Assembly (NCBI GenBank): GCA_963978095.1
Contig: CAXBQP010000032.1
Coordinates: 1 to 36,492, forward strand
Direction: 5' to 3'
DNA: 36,492 nt
Source: an uncultured bacterium
Lineage (GTDB): Bacteria > Gemmatimonadota > Gemmatimonadetes > Gemmatimonadales > Gemmatimonadaceae
The notes under the pieces were generated by a model. The model saw only the letters and a list, made by a program, of their open reading frames with translations. It was not told the DNA's origin and ran no database searches. Positions 20,319-29,774 of the stretch are shown here, one piece after another (positions within the stretch are counted from its first letter, which is position 1; each line of letters starts with the position of its first letter). The position numbers and the translations under genes were made by a program.

Positions 20319-22148
20319 GTGCTGCAACAAATGCGGACCCACGCGAAGTGGATCTGGATCGTTGTCTTCGTCGCCTTCGTCGGCGGCTTCCTCCTGTATG
20401 AAGTGTCCGGCCTCGCCGGCCGCTCCGGCCCCACGACGTCGACCGTCGTCGCGTCGGTCAACGGTCGCGACATCGGCTACATCCAGTGGGTCAACGCCAG
20501 CCAGCAGCTCGCGCAGCAGCAAGAGCAACAACAGACGCGCGGCCTCACCCTCGACGAACGCCGCCAGATCGACAACCAGGCGTTCGACCAGCTGGTGATG
20601 GACGTCCTGCTGCAGCAGGAGTACGACAAGCGCGGGATCCGCGTGACCGACGCCGAGATCATCGAGGCGGCCAAGTTCAGCCCGCCCCCGCAGTTCGCGC
20701 AGGCCCCGGAGCTCCAGACCGACGGCCGCTTCGACCCGACCAAGTACCAGCGTTTCCTCGCCAGTCCGGGCGCGAAGGCGCAGGGCATCCTGGCGCAGCT
20801 CGAGGGCTATTATCGCGCCGAGCTCCCGAAGCAGAAGCTGTTCACGCAGGTCGCTGGTGACGTATTCGTGTCCGATGCCCGCCTCTGGCAGATCTGGAAG
20901 GATCAGCACGACTCGGCCACCGTATCGTCCATCGCCTTCCGTCCGACGGTCGGGAAGGATGCGATCGCCGCTGTCACGGAGGCGGAAGCGCAAAAGTATT
21001 ACGAGACGCATGCCAAGCAGTTCGATCGTCCCGGTCGGGCGGTCCTGTCGATCGTGACGCTGGACCGGAAGGCCACGACGGCGGATTCGCTCGAGACGCT
21101 GAAGCGCATCACCGCCATCCGCGAGCAGCTCACGAAGGGGGCCAAGTTCGAGGAGATCGCGAAGCGCGAGTCCGACGACTCGTCCTCGGCGGTCAATGGC
21201 GGGTTGTTGCCGAAGGGGGGACGCGGGCGCTTCGTGAAGCCGTTCGAGGACGCGGCGTACAAGCTTTCGGTCGGCGAGTTGTCGCAGCCGATTCCCACCC
21301 AGTTCGGATTCCACCTGATCAAGGTGGACGCCAAGAAGGGCGACACCATCACGATTCGGCATATCCTGAAGCTCGTCAAGCAGGGCGACTCGTCGGCCAC
21401 GGCCACGGACCGCAAGGCGGACCAGCTGGCCAAGATCGCCGCCGGCGCCGACGTGCCCGCGAAGTTCGACAGTGCGTCGAAGTCCATGGGGCTGCTCGTC
21501 TCTCGGATCGAGGTTCTGGATGGCGACCAGGCGATCTACCTCGGCCGCGCGGTACCCAGCGCCGGCGCCTGGGCGTTCGGCGGTGCCCGCGTCGGCGAGT
21601 CCAGCGACCTGTTCGACGATGACCAGGCGTACTACATGGTGCGCCTCGACTCGCTGCGTCAGGGGGGCGTCCAGCCGCTCGCGAATGTGAAGGATGAGGT
21701 CAAGCAGCTCGTGGCCCGCGAGAAGGCGCTGGCCGCGTTGGCGAACGACGCCAAGGCGCTGGCTCAGGCGGCTGCGAGCGGCACGCTGGAAGCCGCCGCG
21801 CAGGCCAAGGGACTCACTGTCTCCAAAGAAGGTCCGTTCACCCGTTCCATGGGCGCATCCGGGCTTGGAGGGGTCAGTGAGGCCACCGGTGCGGCGTTCA
21901 CCGCTCCCCTCGGTCAGGTCACGGGTCCGATCAAGACCGAGAACGCACTTTTCGTCTTCCGTGTCGACAAGCGCGTCGAGAGCGACGAGCAAGCCTGGGC
22001 TGTGCAGAAGACCTTCCAGCGTGATCAGATCACGCGGAGTCTGCGCGAGCAGCGCGTACGGATGTACCTCGACAATCTCCGGAAGGCCGCCGATCTCAAG
22101 GATCACCGCAAGGAGATCCAGTCGTCGCAGCGCCGCACGACGAGCTGA
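20319..22148 (+). CDS. PpiD/SurA-like membrane-anchored peptidyl-prolyl isomerase/chaperone
   Basis: N-terminal TM (WIWIVVFVAFVGGFLL), VASVNG, SurA_N-like region, parvulin motif FEEIAKRESDD..GGLL..FVKPFEDAAY..TQFGFHLIK. GTG start at 20319 (or ATG at 20331). Confidence 0.92.
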   Translation: MLQQMRTHAKWIWIVVFVAFVGGFLLYEVSGLAGRSGPTTSTVVASVNGRDIGYIQWVNASQQLAQQQEQQQTRGLTLDERRQIDNQAFDQLVMDVLLQQEYDKRGIRVTDAEIIEAAKFSPPPQFAQAPELQTDGRFDPTKYQRFLASPGAKAQGILAQLEGYYRAELPKQKLFTQVAGDVFVSDARLWQIWKDQHDSATVSSIAFRPTVGKDAIAAVTEAEAQKYYETHAKQFDRPGRAVLSIVTLDRKATTADSLETLKRITAIREQLTKGAKFEEIAKRESDDSSSAVNGGLLPKGGRGRFVKPFEDAAYKLSVGELSQPIPTQFGFHLIKVDAKKGDTITIRHILKLVKQGDSSATATDRKADQLAKIAAGADVPAKFDSASKSMGLLVSRIEVLDGDQAIYLGRAVPSAGAWAFGGARVGESSDLFDDDQAYYMVRLDSLRQGGVQPLANVKDEVKQLVAREKALAALANDAKALAQAAASGTLEAAAQAKGLTVSKEGPFTRSMGASGLGGVSEATGAAFTAPLGQVTGPIKTENALFVFRVDKRVESDEQAWAVQKTFQRDQITRSLREQRVRMYLDNLRKAADLKDHRKEIQSSQRRTTS

Positions 22149-22171
22149 ACGAGCGGCGTTCCGGTACGACG

Positions 22172-22203
22172 AAGGGGGAGCAGCCGTCAGGCCGCTCCCC
22201 CTT
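22172..22203. terminator. Probable bidirectional intrinsic terminator
   Basis: AAGGGGGAGCAGCC-gtca-GGCCGCTCCCCCTT hairpin between the convergent ppiD-like gene and tatA. Confidence 0.7.
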
Positions 22204-22221
22204 TGCCATGCGCCGTTCGGG

Positions 22222-22464
22222 TCAGATCAGGCGCTTCGGCTCGGCCGCGGCGGTGTCCTCGTGCGCGACCGACTGCGACGCGCGCGGCAGGGCCTCGACG
22301 GCCGGCGGTTCGGCGATGTCGCGCTGCACATCGTTCATGTTCTTCTTGAACTCCTTGATGCCCTTGCCGAACGAGCCCGCGATCTCGGGGATACGCTTGG
22401 CGCCGAACAGCAGCAGGATGGCCAGGACGGCCAAGCCCATCTCCATTGGTCCCATTCCGAACAT
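22222..22464 (-). CDS. tatA: Twin-arginine translocase TatA/E subunit
   Basis: LLLFGAKRIPEIAGSFGKGIKEFKK, GGAGG RBS. Confidence 0.95.
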   Translation of the reverse strand: MFGMGPMEMGLAVLAILLLFGAKRIPEIAGSFGKGIKEFKKNMNDVQRDIAEPPAVEALPRASQSVAHEDTAAAEPKRLI

Positions 22465-22474
22465 GTGTCGCCTC

Positions 22475-22756
22475 CTAGAACAACGACCGCGCGATCAGGT
22501 AGGCGGCGAGGACCCCGACGAGACTCAGCAACGAGACGTCGAGCGCGAGCGGTCCGACCGCGAATTTCAAGATAATCAGATTGAACTCGATGGCGCCAAT
22601 CCCCGGAGTCACCCCGGTGGTCAGGAACTCTTTCGCCGCCCCTGCCGGCAACCACAACCGGCCGGCCTGCGTCAGCAGCCCCCCCGCAACAAATCCTGAG
22701 GCCAGCACGATACCATGGAACACCGGCCGGTGGCGGGAGGATCCCTTGATGGCCAT
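22475..22756 (-). CDS. Small membrane protein (DUF4321-like)
   Basis: 93 aa with hydrophobic segments (GIVLASGFVAGGLL, FNLIILKFAVG, SLLSLVGVLAAYLI). GGAGGT RBS. Family assignment is from recall. Confidence 0.75.
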   Translation of the reverse strand: MAIKGSSRHRPVFHGIVLASGFVAGGLLTQAGRLWLPAGAAKEFLTTGVTPGIGAIEFNLIILKFAVGPLALDVSLLSLVGVLAAYLIARSLF

Positions 22757-22758
22757 CG

Positions 22759-23763
22759 TCAGGACCTCCGGTCCATGACGTACGCAATCGCGTCGGTGAG
22801 TGACTCGAGGGCATCGGAAGCGGGTATGCCCTCCAGCGCTTCCTCCGCTTCCTGAGCGAACGCCTCCCCCTGGCGACGCGCATACTCCAGTCCGCCACAT
22901 TCCGCGACGATGGCCACGACATCGGCGATCTCGGTGTCGTGGGGGGTCGGGTTGGCAAAGAGCGCCTCGGTGCGACGCCGCTGCGCGGCCGACATCGCCG
23001 GCAGGGCTGCGATCAACGGCAGCGTCACTTTGTGCTCGCGCAGGTCGTTGCCGCTGGGCTTGCCGGTGACGCTCTCCGTCTCGGTGTAGTCCAGCAGGTC
23101 GTCGGCGACCTGAAAGGCCATCCCCAACCGCTCGCCGAATCGGCGGAGCCGCTCCCGATACCCTGAGGCGCCGCAGATGGCACCGACCTCGCAGGCCGCC
23201 CCGAGGAGGGAGGCCGTCTTGGCGCGATTGAGATTGAAGTAGTCGCGTTCACTGAAGTTGAGCGCGTCGTACGAGGACAGCTGACGCATCTCACCGAGCG
23301 TCATGTCGTTGGAGGCGGACGAGAACGCGCGTAACGCTTCGAGGTCCCCCAAGCGCACGAGCTCGGCGACGGCCTTGGAGAACAGGTAATCGCCCATGAT
23401 GACTGCAATCTGGTGCGAAAACAGCGCGTTGATCGTCGGCTGACCGCGTCGTACGTTCGAGTGGTCGACGGAATCGTCGTGCACCACACTCGCGAGGTGG
23501 ACCAGCTCCGCCACCGCCGCCAGGGCCGTGGCGTGCGGGTTCGGCTCGCCGTCGAGGCTCGCGGCGAGGAGCAACAGGGTGGGGCGGAACATCTTCCCCT
23601 TCATCCCCATCAAATGTGCGTTCGCCGCCTCGATGAGCGGGGTGTCGGCCTTGACGATGCGCCACATCTCGTCGGGCACGCGTTCGAGTTGTGCGCGCAC
23701 CGGCTCCTGGATCTCGCGCAGCGCGGCGGCGACGGGAATCCGCAGGCGTGCCTCGATGGTCAC
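22759..23763 (-). CDS. Long-chain polyprenyl diphosphate synthase (IspB/HepT-like)
   Basis: GKMFRP, first Asp-rich motif VHDDSVD..RRG, KTA, second motif FQVADDLLD, GKPSGNDLREHKVTLP. Confidence 0.95.
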   Translation of the reverse strand: MTIEARLRIPVAAALREIQEPVRAQLERVPDEMWRIVKADTPLIEAANAHLMGMKGKMFRPTLLLLAASLDGEPNPHATALAAVAELVHLASVVHDDSVDHSNVRRGQPTINALFSHQIAVIMGDYLFSKAVAELVRLGDLEALRAFSSASNDMTLGEMRQLSSYDALNFSERDYFNLNRAKTASLLGAACEVGAICGASGYRERLRRFGERLGMAFQVADDLLDYTETESVTGKPSGNDLREHKVTLPLIAALPAMSAAQRRRTEALFANPTPHDTEIADVVAIVAECGGLEYARRQGEAFAQEAEEALEGIPASDALESLTDAIAYVMDRRS

Positions 23764-25685
23764 GAGCCCACCTGGTTCAGAGCGTTCAGCCTGTCACCCA
23801 CGTCGCGGAATCGAATATCCACAGCGAAGACCCGTTCGAAGTAACCTTTGGCGTCGACGAGCGCTCCCATCGACTCGCTCACCGACCCGATCATATACAA
23901 GACCCCGACCAACTGTTCGTCCGCAGCGCCCGGCTCGTTGATCGCGCGATGCAGAATCGTGTGCGCGACCGACCACTGGCCCTTCTCGATGAAGCACTGT
24001 CCGAGTGACTCGAAGGTCCGCACCCGGTGCACGGTCCCGCGCAACGCCTTCTGGAACTCCGCGATGGCCTCGTCGACCAAACCCATTTCCTTGAACGCGA
24101 CGCCGAGATCGTAGTGAGATTCCGAATCCGTGTCGTCGACGCTCTCCGCCACGCCCTGCTTGAACTTCGTGAGCATATCGGTGAAGTCCGCCGACTCGTC
24201 GCCCGTCGGTTCCTTCGCGCCGACGACCATGCGGGTGGACCGGGGCTCCTCATCTTCGCGGAGCCAGTCCCCCAGGGAAACGTAGTCGTCATCACTTCCC
24301 TTCGCAGGGGGAGTCGATGGCGGGAGCGGGGCCGGGGGCGGCCCGAACGACGCCAGCGCGTCGACGGGGCGCGGGTCGTCCGGCGCAAGCTCCCGGACGC
24401 GCTGGTAGACCCCTTGGGCCTCCTGGGGCTGACCGTCACGCGTCAGCGCATCGGCCAAGGCCAGGTACGCCTCCACCAGACCGGGGGTGTCGTTGGCCCG
24501 GGCAGTCAGCTCGACGCGTTTCCGGTGCAGTCGCACCGATTCGGGCTGAAGGCGCAACAGTTCATTCACCACGGAGCGCGCGGTGGCGAGATCGCCGCTC
24601 TGTTCGAATCCATCCAACGCGCTCTGCAGCTCCTCGAGCCCCAACTCGCGGTCTCCCCGGTCGAGCAACGCCTCCGCGTACTCACGGCGGAGTGCGTGAT
24701 CCTCTGGCGCGGACGCCAGGCTGATCCTGAGCAGCGAGACCGAGTCGGCGAGCATCACCGAGGAGCGGCGGGCGGGCGGCGACGGACGGCGTTCGTCTGA
24801 TTCGCCGAGGGACTCCGAACCGTCCTCGGCACCCACGATCGGCGCCGCAGGGGGGACCTCCGGCGCAATCGGAGGGATTCCAGCACCCGGAAGCTCCTGC
24901 TCCATGTCCAGCATGGGTAAGGCCTCGAGCACCCGGTCGGCGTCCGATCGCTCGGGCGCCGCGTCGGCCAGCGATGTCGGCTCGAGTCCGAGCACCCCGG
25001 GGGCATCCAGATCCAAGAACACCAGGTCGGTGCGCTTGGCCTCGCGAGTGGTCGACCCGGCAGAGATGGCGGCGGTCGGGTCCATCGCGCGCAGGCGCGC
25101 GGCCGCCGCTTCTGCTTCCTCCACGCGGCCAAGGCTCTGGTAATACACATACAGCCGCTGCAACTGCTCGACCGCGTCGGCGGTGCGGCCCGCCCTGCTG
25201 AGTTGATCCGCGAGCATCATGCGGATGTCGTCCTGGTCCGGGCAGAGCTCGACGAATTCCTTGAGCGCCCGGAACGACTCGGTGGTATCCCCGACGTTCC
25301 GCATGCGCTCCGCGTACTCCAGGAAGTTCTGCTTGGCCTCTCCCTTGAAGCCCTTCGCGGCGCTGATGCGACCGAGCTTGTAGTAGACGACCGCCCGCCC
25401 CGGGGAGGTTCGGAGGATCTTGTTGCAGAGCGCGATGGCGTTGTTGAAGAATCCGCCGCTCTCATACAGATCCACCGCACGTTCATACATCGTGACGGCC
25501 TCCGGCACATTCCCGATCCGGACGAGCAGGTCACCGACGCGATTGTACAGCCCGACATCGGGGCTGTCCTCTGCACCCGCGTCGTAGGCGGCGAGAATCT
25601 CCTGGTAGGTCGCGATGGCCTTGTCGAACTGTTTTTTCAGTTCGAAATCGGCAGCCTTCTTCTTGAGCGCGGCGACATTGACCAT
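23760..25685 (-). CDS. Large multi-domain tetratricopeptide repeat protein
   Basis: Three TPR blocks separated by acidic/Pro linkers. C-terminal SHYDLGVAFKEMGLVDEAIAEFQKA. Confidence 0.9.
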   Translation of the reverse strand: MVNVAALKKKAADFELKKQFDKAIATYQEILAAYDAGAEDSPDVGLYNRVGDLLVRIGNVPEAVTMYERAVDLYESGGFFNNAIALCNKILRTSPGRAVVYYKLGRISAAKGFKGEAKQNFLEYAERMRNVGDTTESFRALKEFVELCPDQDDIRMMLADQLSRAGRTADAVEQLQRLYVYYQSLGRVEEAEAAAARLRAMDPTAAISAGSTTREAKRTDLVFLDLDAPGVLGLEPTSLADAAPERSDADRVLEALPMLDMEQELPGAGIPPIAPEVPPAAPIVGAEDGSESLGESDERRPSPPARRSSVMLADSVSLLRISLASAPEDHALRREYAEALLDRGDRELGLEELQSALDGFEQSGDLATARSVVNELLRLQPESVRLHRKRVELTARANDTPGLVEAYLALADALTRDGQPQEAQGVYQRVRELAPDDPRPVDALASFGPPPAPLPPSTPPAKGSDDDYVSLGDWLREDEEPRSTRMVVGAKEPTGDESADFTDMLTKFKQGVAESVDDTDSESHYDLGVAFKEMGLVDEAIAEFQKALRGTVHRVRTFESLGQCFIEKGQWSVAHTILHRAINEPGAADEQLVGVLYMIGSVSESMGALVDAKGYFERVFAVDIRFRDVGDRLNALNQVGS

Positions 25686-25749
25686 GCAGGAGCGACAGAG
25701 ACCGGGGAAGCGGCAATCACGGGAGAACGCAGGAGTCGTCTCCTTTGTA

Positions 25750-25779
25750 AAGCTACCCGCTCAGCTTGGCACGTGACAA
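25750..25779 (-). promoter_or_regulatory. Candidate internal promoter overlapping the hutI 3' end
   Basis: TTGTCA-N18-TAGCTT on the minus strand, upstream of the TPR gene. Confidence 0.4.
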
Positions 25780-27017
25780 GCACGGCCACGGCTCCACGAG
25801 GCGCGGCACCGGTGGTCGCCATACCAGTACGGGAGCTCGCGGATATCGGTGATGTCAAAGAGCGCCAAGTCTGCGGCATAGCCCGGGGCCAGCTGGCCCG
25901 TGTCCGCCGCGAGGCCGAGGGCGGCTGCGCCGTTGACGGTGGCGGCCACGATCGCCTCGGCCACCGACAACCGGAGCTGACTCACCGCCAAGGTGAGCAT
26001 CAACGGGAAGTTGACCGTGGGTGAGGTCCCGGGGTTGAAATCGGTGGCCAGGGCGATCGCCGCCCCGGCGTTGAGCAGGGCGCGCGCCGGCGCCTGCCGC
26101 TCCCGCCCGAGAAAGAGCATCGTGCCCGGGAGCAACGTTGCGACCGTGGCGCTCGCAGCCAGTGCCGCGATCCCGGCGTCGCTGATGGCCGCGAGGTGGT
26201 CGGCGCTGGTGGCGCCGATGTCGGCAGCGAGTTCGGCAGCCCCACCCGACTGCAGCTCATCGGCATGGAGCTTGATCAGCAGGCCATGGGCGCGCGCGGC
26301 CGTCAGGATCCGACGCGATTCCTCGACCGTGTAGACGCCTGGCTCGCAAAAGATGTCGGCGAATCGGGCGAGTCCCTCCGCCTCGACCACCGGCAACATC
26401 TCGTGCACCAGGAGGTCGATGTACTCCTGGCGATGCCGCGGCGCGGTGCGGAACTCCAGGGGAATCTCGTGCGCACCGAGGAAGGTGGGCACGATGCGCA
26501 TGGGCAGGGCCTCCTGCAGGCGTCGGATGACGCGCAGCGACAGCAGTTCCGCGTCGACCGAGAGTCCGTAGCCGCTTTTCAGCTCGACCGTCGTGGTACC
26601 GTGCGCCGCCAGACGACGCAGCCGTGGCAGGGCGAGTGCGACGAGCTCGTCCTCGGTGCGGGTCCGGAGGTCACGCACGGAGCTGTGGATCCCCCCGCCC
26701 CGATTGGCGATCTCCATGTATCCCAACCCGGAGGCCCGGAGCTCCTGTTCTTCGTAGCGCGGCTTGCCGAAGATGCCGTGCGTGTGGGAGTCGACGAGGC
26801 CCGGGGTCAGGACTCCACCGTGACAATCGATGCGTTGGGCGTGCGGGTGCGCGCGCTCGAGCAAGTCGCGAGGCGCCACCGCCGTGATACGCTCGCCGTC
26901 GATGAGGACCGCATGGCCCGTGCGCACCCCCGCGTCACCCGACTCCGCGCCGCGGCGGGCGCGCCCGGGGCCGGCGCAGGTGACGACTTGGGCGGCGTTG
27001 ACGAAAAGCGTCTGCAT
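25761..27017 (-). CDS. hutI: Imidazolonepropionase
   Basis: PGLVDSHTH, GGGIHSSV, GTTTVELKSGYGL, TFLGAH, DIFCE, KLHADEL, SADHL, ATDFNPGTSP. Confidence 0.97.
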   Translation of the reverse strand: MQTLFVNAAQVVTCAGPGRARRGAESGDAGVRTGHAVLIDGERITAVAPRDLLERAHPHAQRIDCHGGVLTPGLVDSHTHGIFGKPRYEEQELRASGLGYMEIANRGGGIHSSVRDLRTRTEDELVALALPRLRRLAAHGTTTVELKSGYGLSVDAELLSLRVIRRLQEALPMRIVPTFLGAHEIPLEFRTAPRHRQEYIDLLVHEMLPVVEAEGLARFADIFCEPGVYTVEESRRILTAARAHGLLIKLHADELQSGGAAELAADIGATSADHLAAISDAGIAALAASATVATLLPGTMLFLGRERQAPARALLNAGAAIALATDFNPGTSPTVNFPLMLTLAVSQLRLSVAEAIVAATVNGAAALGLAADTGQLAPGYAADLALFDITDIRELPYWYGDHRCRASWSRGRACHVPS

Positions 27018-27044
27018 GATGGCCGAAAGCTACGGCCGCGCGCG

Positions 27045-28013
27045 TTACGCGAGCAAATCCTGGAACCGCGAGATGGTCAACGGTGCCTGCGCCTCGCCGC
27101 GACAGGCGTAGTAACACTTGTTGCACGCGATCGGGGAATAGCCCTGGTAGGACGTCCAGTGTCCGTCCGTCGGGAAATCCGGGCACCGCCGGACCTCGCC
27201 GACCGGATTGATGTGGATGGTATCCTGCCCCGCCTTGCACGGCTCGCGCATCTCACCGCGCAGATAGCGTGGGATATTGGCGATGTACCAATCCGAGTTG
27301 CTCAGCACGCCCCGATGCCGGCGTTTGAACGCGAGGAGTTCGGCGACGAGCGCATCGATGCGGGACCATTGGTCGTCGCGGATCAGATGTTCCGTGTTGC
27401 CGTTCTTGAAGTCCGTGTACACCGACAAGTTGGCCCCCGCGCCCACCGAAGCGGCATGGCGCACGATGCCCATGATCTCGTCGATGTTGTCGTGCTTGAT
27501 GACGGAGTTGAAGCGCACCGTCATGCCGCGCGCGACCATCTGCGGCACCGTCGTCAGGATTTTCCGAGTGAGCCCCGGAATCCGACGCGCCGCGTCATGC
27601 CGCTCGTCGAGGTAGTCGAGTGAGATGTTGAACTGCACCACGCCGGCATCCCAGAGCGACTGTGCGCGCTCCACGCTCAGCATGGCGCCATGCGTGATGA
27701 CGGTGATGTAGGTGTACGGCGAGGCCTGATCGACCTCGCGCACCAGCTCCTCGAGATCACGACGCAGCAGGGGCTCTCCGCCGGTGAAGGTGATCATCAT
27801 CGGCTGGAAATGCCGCGCGGCGTCGGCGAAGGACCGGAGTTCGCGCGACTTCTCTGACGAATCGGTCTTCCAATAGTCGCAAAATCCGCATTGCGCGTTG
27901 CACCGCATCGTCACCTCGAAATGGACCAGGACGGGGCGCTTGGCGAACCGGAGTCGGGCGTACTTGATCGAGAAGGGGATCAGGTGCCAGGGTCTGAACT
28001 TCTTGGACAGCAT
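27045..28013 (-). CDS. Radical SAM enzyme with a C-terminal SPASM/twitch-like Cys cluster
   Basis: CNAQCGFC (CX3CX2C), FTGGEPLLR, ISLD. C-terminal C-X17-C-X19-CNKCYYAC. Confidence 0.93.
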   Translation of the reverse strand: MLSKKFRPWHLIPFSIKYARLRFAKRPVLVHFEVTMRCNAQCGFCDYWKTDSSEKSRELRSFADAARHFQPMMITFTGGEPLLRRDLEELVREVDQASPYTYITVITHGAMLSVERAQSLWDAGVVQFNISLDYLDERHDAARRIPGLTRKILTTVPQMVARGMTVRFNSVIKHDNIDEIMGIVRHAASVGAGANLSVYTDFKNGNTEHLIRDDQWSRIDALVAELLAFKRRHRGVLSNSDWYIANIPRYLRGEMREPCKAGQDTIHINPVGEVRRCPDFPTDGHWTSYQGYSPIACNKCYYACRGEAQAPLTISRFQDLLA

Positions 28014-28064
28014 CGGGGCGTTCGCGAAGGGGGGCGCGGGGGCGGAGTCTCTTCCGCCGCCCGG

Positions 28065-29735
28065 TCAGAGCATTGGCAGGTTCAGTCCTTTGGCACGCGC
28101 GGTATCGCGGGCAATCTTGTACCCGGCGTCGGCGTGCCGTGCGACGCCGATGCCGGGATCGTTGGTGAGCACGCGCTCGAGTCGCACGCGCATCTCCGGC
28201 GTGCCGTCAGCGACGATGACCTGCCCCGCATGCAGCGAGTTCCCGATCCCCACGCCTCCTCCATGATGGAAGCTGACCCAACTCGCACCGCTCGCCACGT
28301 TCAGCAGGGCATTCAGGATCGCCCAGTCGGCCACGGCATCGCTGCCGTCCAGCATGGATTCGGTCTCGCGGAAGGGGCTCGCAACGCTCCCCGTGTCGAG
28401 GTGGTCCCGCCCGATCACGATCGGCGCGCTGAGTTCACCACTGGCGACCAGATCATTCAGCGCCTTGCCGAACGTCGCGCGGTCCCCCTGCCCGAGCCAA
28501 CAGATCCGGGCCGGAAGTCCCTGGAACTTGATCTTCTCCTGCGCCTTCTGGATCCAGGTCCGAAGGTGCGTGTCGTCGGGGAAGAGCTCGAGGGCGAGCC
28601 GGTCGGTCCGCGCGATGTCCGCCGGATCACCAGAGAGGGCGGCCCACCGGAACGGCCCCTTCCCTTCACAGAACAGGGGACGGATGTACTCAGGCACGAA
28701 GCCGGGGATGTCGAAGGCATCCGCCACGCCGGCGTCAAAGGCCACCGTGCGGATGTTGTTCCCGTAGTCGAAGGTGACGGCACCCCGGTCCTGCAGCGCA
28801 CGCATCGCGCGCACATGCACCACGACGCTCTCCGTCGCGCAACGCAGGTATGCCCCGGGATCGGTGGCGCGGAGCGCCGCCGCCTCCGCGAGCGACATTC
28901 CGGCGGGGACGTAACCGTTCAACATGTCATGTGCGCTCGTCTGATCGGTGACCACATCCGGTGTGACCCCGCGGCGTACGAGCTCAGGGAGTACATCCGC
29001 GGCGTTCCCGATCAGCCCCACACTGAGCGGCTGCTTGGCCGTGGTCGCCTCCTGGATCCACGCGAGCGCGGTATCGAGCGAGGCGGTCATCCGGTCGCAG
29101 TATCCGGTGGCGAGTCGTTTCTCGATGCGTGACTGGTCCACGTCGATGCCCAGAATAGCGGCACCCTGCATGGTGGCGGCCAGCGGCTGCGCGCCACCCA
29201 TACCGCCGAGCCCGGCGGTGAGGACGAAACGACCTGCGAGGGAGCCCGCGAAATGCTCTCGCGCCACGGCACCGAAGGTCTCGTACGTGCCCTGTACGAT
29301 GCCTTGCGAGCCGATGTAGATCCACGAGCCCGCAGTCATCTGCCCGTACATCATGAGGCCTTTCCGCTCGAGTTCGCGGAAATGGTCCCACGTGGCCCAT
29401 CGACCGACCAGATTGCTGTTGGCGATCAGCACACGCGGCGCATGCGTATGCGTGCGGAAGACCGCGACTGGCTTTCCGCTCTGTACCAGGAGGGTCTCGT
29501 CGTCCTCGAGCGCCCGCAACGCCCGCACGATCGCCTCAAAGCTTTCCCAGTTCCGCGCCGCCTGACCGGTCCCGCCGTACACGACCAGATCCGACGGACG
29601 CTCGGCCACGTCCGGATCGAGGTTGTTCATGAGCATGCGGAGGGCGGCCTCCTGCTGCCAGCCCTTGCAGCTGAGTGACGTTCCGCGTGGGGCGCGGACG
29701 ACGCGCGCGTGGGCGGAGTGAGACTGTTCTGGCAT
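28065..29735 (-). CDS. hutU: Urocanate hydratase
   Basis: [60 protein letters not shown]. Confidence 0.99.
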   Translation of the reverse strand: MPEQSHSAHARVVRAPRGTSLSCKGWQQEAALRMLMNNLDPDVAERPSDLVVYGGTGQAARNWESFEAIVRALRALEDDETLLVQSGKPVAVFRTHTHAPRVLIANSNLVGRWATWDHFRELERKGLMMYGQMTAGSWIYIGSQGIVQGTYETFGAVAREHFAGSLAGRFVLTAGLGGMGGAQPLAATMQGAAILGIDVDQSRIEKRLATGYCDRMTASLDTALAWIQEATTAKQPLSVGLIGNAADVLPELVRRGVTPDVVTDQTSAHDMLNGYVPAGMSLAEAAALRATDPGAYLRCATESVVVHVRAMRALQDRGAVTFDYGNNIRTVAFDAGVADAFDIPGFVPEYIRPLFCEGKGPFRWAALSGDPADIARTDRLALELFPDDTHLRTWIQKAQEKIKFQGLPARICWLGQGDRATFGKALNDLVASGELSAPIVIGRDHLDTGSVASPFRETESMLDGSDAVADWAILNALLNVASGASWVSFHHGGGVGIGNSLHAGQVIVADGTPEMRVRLERVLTNDPGIGVARHADAGYKIARDTARAKGLNLPML

Positions 29736-29774
29736 CAGCGTCAGGGACTCGAGGCGTGAAGAGAATGAGATCCG

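Noticed and set aside
20292..22106. Long antisense ORFs (e.g. 604 aa at 20292-22106; also 7920-9335, 11403-12677, 14288-15601, 26196-27623, 29862-31316)
   Set aside because: Shadow ORFs opposite well-conserved genes, expected in high-GC DNA, with no recognisable motifs.
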